64,000 nt of DNA from Psammoneis japonica (taxonomy: Eukaryota), in NCBI GenBank assembly GCA_008632985.1, contig QPGO01000024.1:62001-126000 (forward strand), in the 5' to 3' direction. Position 1 is the first letter of the stretch. Each line of letters opens with the position of its first letter. Positions 12,101 through 20,725 of this stretch are shown one piece after another. The position numbers were made by a program, and so were the translations under genes. A model generated the notes under the pieces. The model was given only the letters and a program-made list of their open reading frames with translations, was not told the DNA's origin and ran no database searches.

Positions 12101-14060
12101 GTGCCAACAAACAGTTGGGCGCTGGTGCAACCAGAGTCGACGGCCGGGGTGTCGGCACAAACGGTGTCAGTGGCGACAGGCTCGTTGCGGCGGTGCACAT
12201 TAAGGGCGGGGTTGGGTGATTTGTGGGCCTTCCTAAGGTGTGTACCGGCGGGCATGCGGGCGCACTGCGTGGTGCAGTCAAAAGTGCGACGGACCGCATC
12301 GGCAGGCAGGAAGCCAAAGTGAGGCCGAAGAGACTCGAAGGGGGGGTCCTTGGGCTGTGCAGTGCGCTCCGGAGGCGGAACGTCATCATCCTTGGGGTCA
12401 ATCGCATGCAGATGACACTCGCAGAACACGTCGTCGTTCGGAATGAGGTGATCATCGAGGGCGGACGCGTGATCGGCAGACAAGGAAGCGGACATGATGG
12501 TCTTGTTGACAACGACACGATGGCGGCAGTTGCCGCATTCGTCAAATGGGTTGGCAGTGGGATCGTCCTGCAGGTCAGAGATCGCGTCGTGCCACTGGTC
12601 GTCGTCAGTGACAGAGTGATCGAGGACGGAAGGGTCCCATGTGTCATCACCGGTGAGGATGACATGGGGCAGGGTGTCCCATTCGGCGTCAGTGTAAGGT
12701 CGCATGGCAACATGAGGCAGGCCGGCCTTGATGTCAATGGGGATGACATGGCCATCAGGAGTGGCGGTGCGTTGCAAGCCGTTGGGCACCTTGACAGAGC
12801 GATCATTGACATCCTGTTTGCACCATTCGAGCTGGCCGCAGGAATGGATGGTCTTGCCCTTGCCCGTGCATGCGCACTGATGGAGGATGGCGATGACGGG
12901 ACCACGCTGGGTCTCAATGACGGCACCAGCGGTGACAACAGGGATGTCCACCAATTGATGATCGTCAATGCCCTGAACGTCGACTTGGCGAGAGGTGCGT
13001 GCAATGACGCGAACGTCGTCGCCAGCAATGCCGCCGTTGGCCCCATGATCGACTAGAGCGCCAGTGCGTGTGGAGCGATGAGCAGAGGCAGAGCAAATGA
13101 CATTGTGGTTGTTGACGCGGCGGCAAGTGCAGCCGTTGAGTTCCATGTCATCTGCAGAAGCTGGCGGGGTAGAGGAAGCGGCGGATGGCCCCGGTCGACT
13201 GGCATTGGGGGCTTGGTTAGGAGACAACAGACGTTGCAGATCACCGGGTGGCAGTGGCTTGCGCTTGGTGAGGTGCGCCAGGATGGGATCATCCGAAGTG
13301 GCACCCACATTTGGAGCGGAGTCACCAGAGTCAGCAGGAGTCGTGTTGGACAAGTTGACATCACCGTCACTCCCAAGGTGTTGGTTGTGAAGGTTGGCCG
13401 TAACAGACTCATGGCAGTTGCTGGCTCACGGGTTGCGGGGAGGCGGACGAGAATGCTCAAGGATGATCGCCTTGGAGGAATCGGGCAACGAATCCCAGAT
13501 CCGTTGGTGGTCGGGAGGGAGACGTCTCCATTGGTCACCGGCGAGGCTGGGACCGCGGGTGCAGGCAGCATTGGCCTGAAGGACGTCAATGTCGCTGTCA
13601 ATGTCGCAGAACACATCGTCGGACGGTTCCTCGGAGCAGACGTCGTGTGCACATGTGGCACGTCGGGGAGCTCGAGGTGTCGTCTTGGGTTGAAACGCAC
13701 TGTCGCACTGAGCTGCCGCGGAGAGGAGCAAGCCACAGCATTGATCGCATGTGAGGCTCTTGCCACTCTGCGTACGATGCTGATCAGCTTGGTTCTTGAC
13801 AGCACAGAGTTCCTCGACAGGGTGCACGGCATTCTCGAGCATGACGCGCTTCTGTCCTTCAGAGAAGTGGTCACTGGCCGGGATGAGTGCCTCGCACTTG
13901 CGCAACTGATCTTGCCAATGAAGGATGAACCCGTGGGTCGGACCTTTCCAAGTGCCATCACCAAGGCGTGCGGTGGCAAGGCACGTGAGCAGGGTGGAGG
14001 ACTCGATGGATGCGCGGGTGGAGGCAAGCGCACACTCAGACAAGGCGTGGCAGATGGTCT
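9130..14060 (-). pseudogene. Copia gag-pol pseudogene
   Basis: ORFs 13426-14202 and 9685-13353 are in one frame, split by a TGA. There is a frameshift at the A-run near 10125 and the RNase H part is in ORF 9074-9910. Many conserved Tyr appear as Cys/His. Confidence 0.9.
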
Positions 14061-14211
14061 GGCTCACAAGGATGACAACAGTGGCCCAATCATGCCGACT
14101 TGCACGTCTTTCGGCTCCTGCAACGGTCTCTGAGCGGAGACTCATCTGCTGTTTAGACAGCAGCAAGGAGTTGTTGTTTGAATTCTTGCCATTTGCCTTC
14201 AATTTCTGTCA
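14061..14211 (+). repeat. Inverted copy of the terminal 151 bp of the Copia LTR
   Basis: Reverse complement of 8851-9001; it differs at five CA/TG dinucleotide swaps and one C/T. Confidence 0.95.
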
Positions 14212-14347
14212 AGACCCAGTGGAGTGAGACATGTCATGATGAAAGATGTGGCAACTGACTGTCATGGAGACAGATGGAAAATTTCAAGTCAGAAGTGTAA
14301 AAAAAACATGCCAGACCCTGTGCCACTGGTGGCGTAGAATGGCTCAG

Positions 14348-14772
14348 TGCAACACACAGCTGCCAACAAGAGTCAATGTATCACGGCGACGTGTTGCAGC
14401 CTTTAAATGTCACAAAGGGCGTGACAAAAATGACCTTTTGTCTTCATGCATGCTGCATTGTGAATTCACAATGGAGTGGTTCATCGCAACCATTGGGCAG
14501 GAGGCCAGGGGTTCGAAACCCTGAGTGGGAGTTGTCTGCAGCAACGTTGATCACTGTCGAACGCGCAAAACTCTGTGCAGTTCTGTGTGTTCCTTCGTGC
14601 GCACCCACACTGTTCCGCCAAAACCGTGCAGTGTCAGCACACGTTAGTGAAGAGCCGCATGGACGCGTGATGCATGGGGAGGAGTGCAACACACAGCTGC
14701 TGACAAGAGCCAATGCATCACATGTCACAAAGGGCGTGACAAAAACAACCTTTTGTCTGCATGCATGCTGCA
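14348..14772 (+). mobile_element. TRIM-like miniature LTR element
   Basis: Direct repeats 14348-14457 and 14685-14772 (TGCA...TGCA); purine tract ggggaggag (14676-14684) directly before the second repeat; no coding capacity; no TSD found. Confidence 0.6.
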
Positions 14773-15872
14773 CTGGTTCAGGGTGTGCACAAATTTTGCA
14801 CCACATTGGCGCACGTGATTTTCACATGAGACTCCACATGCGCCAAGCGGCGCAGACCCAGCACAAAATCAATGAATTTTTGAAGTTTTGTGGCGTGCAC
14901 TCTCAGCATGTTGTGGCATGGATTTGACATCAGCAACAAGGCTTCACACAATGCTGTGTTGGTCTGACTGTGAGCCAAGAAACACAGATGGTCAGGTCTT
15001 GTTCTTGCTCAGCTGGCTGCCCAAAATTTAAGGTGGAGTGCAGCCGGAATGAAGAAGGCTGCAGGTCAATTTGAGGTCCCAGTGAGAACTGGCAAGAGCG
15101 GAGCATCAAAAACCCCTGTCCTTGGCAACGCAGCAACAAGCATGTGAAACTTCACAATGAGACAGGTTGCAAGAAGGAGCTGCCCAAACCACAGGTGGGC
15201 ACAAGCACAGAGCTCTCCCATCTTGTCTGCTGTTGGATGAGCCTCCTGCAGCAGCCATGGCTGCACTTGAAAACCAAAGGTGTGGTGGGTGATGGGATGG
15301 ATTTTGCAAGTTCTCTCAAGACTTTGTGACAGACAAGGCTGAAATTTGGGCACAGCATCCACAGATGCTTTGGGAGAGATGCTGTCAATTTGTTGAGGCA
15401 GGCACTGGTTTGCTGATGGCGCAGGGGTGGGGAAGGCCACAGCGCTTGCTGACGGAGATTTTTTCAAGAGCTTTTGAAGAGGATGACACCATGTTTTCTC
15501 ACTTGGAGGCTTCAGAGAATTGTTTGAACACAATGGAGCCAAACCGCCAAAGTGCGCACTGAATTTTGGAGAATGAAGAAGGCGCGGATCCATGTGGCAG
15601 TGGCCGAGCTGGTGGGACAAGGGGGCTTTTGGACAAAACAAGCTGCCCAAGAAGCCATGATGGACTGGCAGCACAACACTCACAAAGACATCATTGTCAA
15701 GCTGTCATGGACTGACACAACTCCATGGTTGCGTGTTGTGGGAGCTTTGCTGTCAAGCACAAAACCACAGCACCTCAAGTCACAGACAAGCTGCTTTGCA
15801 GGCACAAGCCCAGCCAAGGGCCGCAAGTTGACAGCCCAGCAACATCTTCTCCTTTTCTCCTCTTTTCTTTTT

Positions 15873-15895
15873 CCTCTCTCTCTCTCTCTCTCTCT
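15873..15895 (+). repeat. (TC)n microsatellite in a pyrimidine tract
   Basis: ctctctctctctctctctctc. Confidence 0.85.
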
Positions 15896-16181
15896 TTTCC
15901 TTTTCTCCTTTTCAGTTTGTTCTTCTGGGCCACCTCTTTTGTTCTTCCCACATGCCAAAATCCCAGGCAGACATTGATTGCCCTCAAATGCCAACTTGAA
16001 AAAAAAAAATTCTGTGCCCACGACGAACGAGGAAGAGCAACATGCACCCAGCCACAGGCGGCCCAGCCACCGAACAAAGAACAACGGCGGTATGCTACGC
16101 GCGCGGGAGCCGTGAGCCGTGAAGCAACATGGTGACAAGGCGAAAGACGTGAGCGACCTCCAGCTATAAGGAAAGGGAAAA

Positions 16182-17696
16182 ATGCGGTATTATATCCTGG
16201 CGACAATAAGCACAACATTCATGCTTCTGGATGTATTCAACGCAGCGCCTTGTCTCGTGGATGCTGGGATGCGGTTTTCTCATGTGAGACCCTCTTTCAT
16301 AGCTTCAACGAAGAGAAAGAGAAGTTGCTCGAAAAAAACGAAGCGTGTGAAATTGGCTCAGGTAACTGATGCTTTGGACGTTTCTAAAGGAACCGGATAC
16401 CGTGAATTGTATCCACCGTTGGTTGCACACACAAACGGGACAATCAGAGCAGATTCGTTGCACACATTGCACTACCAAGAGTATGGGTTGACGGTGAACG
16501 ACACGTTGGAAAGTCCAACTACTACACGAACTGCCCTGTTTCTACACGGGGGACCAGGAGCTGGTTGCACTCCAAATCATGCTCGGTTCTTCGACCCATC
16601 CCGGTATCGTGTCGTTTTATTAGATCAACGTGGTTCGGGAAAGAGTACGCCGAGGGGTGAAGTTCGAAACAATACGCTGAGTCATTTGGTGAGTGACTGC
16701 GAGCTGCTGCGAGCTGAACTTGGAATCCGCAAGTGGGATGTGGTGATGGGAGGTTCGTGGGGGTCAACATTGGCTCTTGCTTATGCGCAGGCACACCCAC
16801 AATTCATTGGCTCTCTAATTTTAAGGGGATTATGTACGATGAGGCCTATTGAGATTGACCATCTGTTTAGCGTGACGGGCGGAGCTGCTACCCTTTATCC
16901 CAAAGGCTGGTCAAACTTTGAAGCGGCAGTACTGAACAATGGTGAAATGCACCGCCGCCCCAGAGATACTTTGCATGCCTACTATGACCGACTGCTCGGA
17001 GGCGATGAAGTTTCGCGACTAAGTGCAGCGAGATCATGGTTTATGTGGGAAATGACAGTGACAGCGTCAATGAAAAAGAAGCCGGATTCTAGTGATAATT
17101 CCACGGACGAGAAAGTTCCACCGTCCCCGGTGTTTGTATGGGAGTCGGAAACCGGGTGGTCTTACGAAGACATCAGGGGCGCCAGGATTTCTTTGGCCAA
17201 AAGTAATGATGTTCATGTTGAGCTCATTCAGAGCCTCCGTAGGTTTCCGCCATCAACTGTATCTAAAGGCGGAGATTCAGATGCTACTACCCCACGGATA
17301 CGACCGGTGAAATCGTTCAACGCTGTTTCTTCACGGACGTCACCTCAGTCCGACGTGAGCAATCTTACAGCAAACGTGACCTGGATACCGGCACAGCCCA
17401 TGATAACGAGCTTCTATTCCGTCAACGCTGAGTATGCAATCAACACGACGCTCATTTCGAAGGATCGTGTAGATCGCATTCGGGGTATCCCTTGTATCGC
17501 TGTGCATGGTGAATTAGATATGGTATGCCCAGTCGACACTGCTTTAGATTTACTTGAGCTATGGCCCGAAATGGAATTGAGGATACCCACTTCAGGGGGA
17601 CATTCCATGTACGACCCTCCAATTATGCACGAATTGTTACAAGCGACAGATCAATTTGCAAACCAGAAATCCAACAGTTGTGAAAATATCGAGTAA
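16182..17696 (+). CDS. PIP: Proline iminopeptidase (peptidase S33, alpha/beta hydrolase) with an N-terminal targeting extension
   Basis: LFLHGGPGAG, LDQRGSGKSTP, nucleophile motif GGSWGS, HGELDMVCP, GGHSMYD. Confidence 0.92.
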   Translation: MRYYILATISTTFMLLDVFNAAPCLVDAGMRFSHVRPSFIASTKRKRSCSKKTKRVKLAQVTDALDVSKGTGYRELYPPLVAHTNGTIRADSLHTLHYQEYGLTVNDTLESPTTTRTALFLHGGPGAGCTPNHARFFDPSRYRVVLLDQRGSGKSTPRGEVRNNTLSHLVSDCELLRAELGIRKWDVVMGGSWGSTLALAYAQAHPQFIGSLILRGLCTMRPIEIDHLFSVTGGAATLYPKGWSNFEAAVLNNGEMHRRPRDTLHAYYDRLLGGDEVSRLSAARSWFMWEMTVTASMKKKPDSSDNSTDEKVPPSPVFVWESETGWSYEDIRGARISLAKSNDVHVELIQSLRRFPPSTVSKGGDSDATTPRIRPVKSFNAVSSRTSPQSDVSNLTANVTWIPAQPMITSFYSVNAEYAINTTLISKDRVDRIRGIPCIAVHGELDMVCPVDTALDLLELWPEMELRIPTSGGHSMYDPPIMHELLQATDQFANQKSNSCENIE

Positions 17697-17850
17697 ACTG
17701 TATGCTTTACGTAAAAGTTAAAGAAGCTCGCAAGAAATAGGTACTGGAACGAGTAGGTAACCATTTTTCTCACTTTATGAAACACATCTTCATACGAGTT
17801 ATACTATCAATTCTTCTCTCAGCTCCAAAGCAAAACTTGATGAAAGTCAG

Positions 17851-18906
17851 TTAGCTCCGTTTCTGCGTTGTTGAATCGAGGAGCTGTCTTGATTCCTCAT
17901 CATTGTTTGACGCTGATCCCGAACGTTCGACGTCGTCCTTGGTGTCAATCATTTCGGATTCTGAAGCACTTTGCTTAACGTAATCCTTTCGAAGTGGGGC
18001 CTGCTTGTAAATGCTACCACCGACGAGGCACAAGAATAGACAAGCAATTCCCATTGGGTTGGCGTGTTGATCCCAAACGAGCAAATTCAACAGGACAGTA
18101 AGACATTTGTTTATCACACCAATAAGAGTAAAGCTGGTTGCAGACACCTTGTCCCTACACCACCATCCAGTGTACCCAATGCCGGTCCCAACGATACAAC
18201 CAAGGAGCAGAAGAGCGGCACTACCTGGAGTAAGCCAATCGTCTTCTGCGTCCATATCCTCTTTTAAGCTGGCGTATTCATTCCCCATGGCCGCGAATAT
18301 CAACATGGGAGGAAGCCCTAACAAGTTTGCATAAAGCACAGGCCCACTTTTCGTCTTGAGGTCGACGGATTTGAGAATATGTTTCCCGAATACCATCTCG
18401 AAGCTAATAATGAAGAGATATGCGATAGGCCAAGTATACGCGCTCAGTCCCTGCGACCGAAACTTCTCGTCCGTTGAAGCATAACCTAGCGCTCCAAGAA
18501 CGATGAGAGCCAAGGCTGACCAACTTCTGAGTGATGGGTATTCGCGGCCAAGAAAAATGACCTCCAAGAACGCCACGACAACCGGGGCGGTAGCGCGAAA
18601 GACGATGACAGTTTCAACGTTGGATATGGAGAGACTCTTCATATTGCAGTAGATGCCAAGGCTAAAACCTATTGTGTACCCCAGATACGGCAGCACAAAC
18701 TTCCACTTGACGGGATCCACCTCAAGGAGCTTCGAGAACTTTGCCCCAATGATGAAGGCGAGGGTAAAGAGCAGCTGGACAGAAACCACGATGCTTGGGT
18801 AGGGGAGGTTGTGAAGAATCAATTTGTTGACCAAAACTAGCGTTCCTGAACAGAACGAATACGCCACAACGGCAAGAAGCACCTCTAGTTTGGGTGACAG
18901 GGACAT
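17851..18906 (-). CDS. Golgi nucleotide-sugar transporter (GDP-mannose/GDP-fucose, GONST/SLC35-like)
   Basis: Multi-TM protein; LVLVNK, SNVETVIVFR, SATSFTLIGVINKCLT. Confidence 0.88.
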   Translation of the reverse strand: MSLSPKLEVLLAVVAYSFCSGTLVLVNKLILHNLPYPSIVVSVQLLFTLAFIIGAKFSKLLEVDPVKWKFVLPYLGYTIGFSLGIYCNMKSLSISNVETVIVFRATAPVVVAFLEVIFLGREYPSLRSWSALALIVLGALGYASTDEKFRSQGLSAYTWPIAYLFIISFEMVFGKHILKSVDLKTKSGPVLYANLLGLPPMLIFAAMGNEYASLKEDMDAEDDWLTPGSAALLLLGCIVGTGIGYTGWWCRDKVSATSFTLIGVINKCLTVLLNLLVWDQHANPMGIACLFLCLVGGSIYKQAPLRKDYVKQSASESEMIDTKDDVERSGSASNNDEESRQLLDSTTQKRS

Positions 18907-19683
18907 GGCGCAGGTGCTATGCTATCTTTGGCTCTCCTCTGGCGTTGTGCTCTTTCTTGCTTCCCCTTTTGAGCACTGTAATTTTTTGCGATGATGTGCA
19001 TGCCCGAACGCCATGTTGTCCGTACAAGTCCTACATGGGTTCTACGGGCAATGACCCCGTCTATTTCTTGCGCGATGCGTTGAGGCTGACGGATCATGGA
19101 CGGACGAACCTCTATCAAGATCATGCGCGCATGCATGCATCCAGCATGGCATGCATCAATTCAATTCAATCCCAAAAATTACACGACCCATTTTTGGGCC
19201 GCCACCTAATAGGGCCTAGTAAGCTTAGTCACGCCTGCTTGTCCCAGCAATCCACAACCATGGATGGGTGCAGAGCGTCCAAAACAAATACACTTTCACA
19301 ATTCCGCGGAGTTAGTTGTGCGGCGGTGTTGGTGCGGTATGCATCATCGCATCCATCGATCGCATCTATCGCATCGCATGCATGCATGGCATGCATGATA
19401 CAGTAGAATAGAAGTACTGTAGCACTACCGGTACAGTAGAGAGAGTCCAAACTACCACACAAGCAGAAGAACTCGACTCATTGCATGTAATGACTTAGCA
19501 TGATGCCTAAAGCTTTAAGCTTTGCTTTCTAGACTCACCTTGGTGTGTTCAATTCACACCTCGCTTCGTTTCGACTTTAGGAGGCAACTGTCGTAAGGTA
19601 TTTCTCGTGTTAAGACTTTGCAATGGACAAGTTAATGAAAGGAGGAGATATCGTTTCATTTTGATGGAGTGGAAAAAGCGCAA

Positions 19684-20325
19684 TCATGGTGCGCGGTTTG
19701 TAGAGCCACGCACACATTGCTGCTCCTGCTCCGTCATGAAATCAAAATACCGATGTAACACAATGCTTGCAGCGACATAGATATTTAGACTTGCCGTTCC
19801 TCCACCATACTGCGGTATTCTCACAAATCCATCGCAAGAAGCCATTTGCTTTTCATTCAATCCTTGCCCTTCATTTCCAAAGACGAAGGCGACGGCATGG
19901 GTCGCATCAAAGATTTCTTCAATCAACTGAGACGAATCGTGAATTTCAACCCCAATTAATCGAACACCTAGTTCCTCTAAGTACGATACACAATCTTTCC
20001 ACTTTTCAAATCTTTGTATAGGTAAATGCCCATCTCGTACGTGTTGCTTGATTTTCCGAGGAATGTCGCGTCCGTTAGGGTCAAAGTCAAAAGAGGGTTG
20101 TCCCACCACCAACACCGCTTTGCATCCAAAGGCCGCTGCTGTCAGCAACAAGGACTTGACGTTTCGACTTTTCGATATATTGGTAATTACAAGGTACATT
20201 CCCATGGGCGAGGACGTTGCTTGTTGTGGAACGGGAGCTAGCGATTTGTTGGAATCTTTCGCGGTGTTAGGTTCAGCATGTTGGTCAGAAAAGTCTGGTG
20301 ACTCGTCGTTGAGTGTCTCGCTCAT
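19684..20325 (-). CDS. SpoU/TrmH-family RNA 2'-O-methyltransferase
   Basis: FVFGNEGQGL and VRIPQYGGGTASLNIYVAASIVL SPOUT motifs. Confidence 0.92.
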   Translation of the reverse strand: MSETLNDESPDFSDQHAEPNTAKDSNKSLAPVPQQATSSPMGMYLVITNISKSRNVKSLLLTAAAFGCKAVLVVGQPSFDFDPNGRDIPRKIKQHVRDGHLPIQRFEKWKDCVSYLEELGVRLIGVEIHDSSQLIEEIFDATHAVAFVFGNEGQGLNEKQMASCDGFVRIPQYGGGTASLNIYVAASIVLHRYFDFMTEQEQQCVRGSTNRAP

Positions 20326-20725
20326 TTTCGAATTTTGATAGCGATGTCGTCAATCAAGAGAATCTGTAAATAAAAGTTGGTTTAGGTTCGACTGGGAATG
20401 CTATTAATAGCTAAGACAGGCAGAGTCGTCACACAAGACACAAGGTAACCTTTCCGCAGTTTCAACTTTGGACTTTGCATGTTGCATGTTGCATGGCTGC
20501 ATGCTGCATGGTATGTGCGGATGACGGAAAGACTAAACAAGACTTATACGCGATCTCGAGCTCCAGAGCTCGTAAGGATTGAATTGTTAGCCTTTCACAC
20601 GATTTTTACGATTTTTCCAAAATTTTCAGGTTTTTATTTTTTTGTGGAAGCCAGATTTGCAACTTGCAACACAACACTCTTCTGTACTGCACGCAACATG
20701 CAACACGGTGAGGAGCGAACTGACC

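Larger units (their letters stand above)
8851..14211 (-). mobile_element. Ty1/Copia LTR retrotransposon, 5'-truncated, with inverted termini and a 5-bp TSD
   Basis: Order gag-protease (ALVDHGANGG)-integrase (LISDRAQVE, QNFAERR)-RT (KARLVADG, LYGLRSSG, YVDDL)-RNase H (FGDN, NPADILSK). Ends are TGACAG...CTGTCA; AGACC lies at 8846-8850 and 14212-14216. Confidence 0.95.

Noticed and set aside
9130..14060. Alternative genetic code explaining Tyr->Cys/His
   Set aside because: Neighbouring host genes use TAY for conserved Tyr normally, and non-coding LTRs show the same change.
9922..14133. Long plus-strand ORFs antisense to Copia pol
   Set aside because: Shadow frames of a GC-rich, TA-depleted coding sequence.
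8851..14211. DNA transposon with 151-bp TIRs carrying a retroelement
   Set aside because: The arm is part of a PPT-preceded LTR, the ends are TG...CA with a 5-bp TSD, and no transposase is present.
14470..14535. Functional tRNA gene
   Set aside because: Only a T-arm-like motif; I could not fold a cloverleaf.
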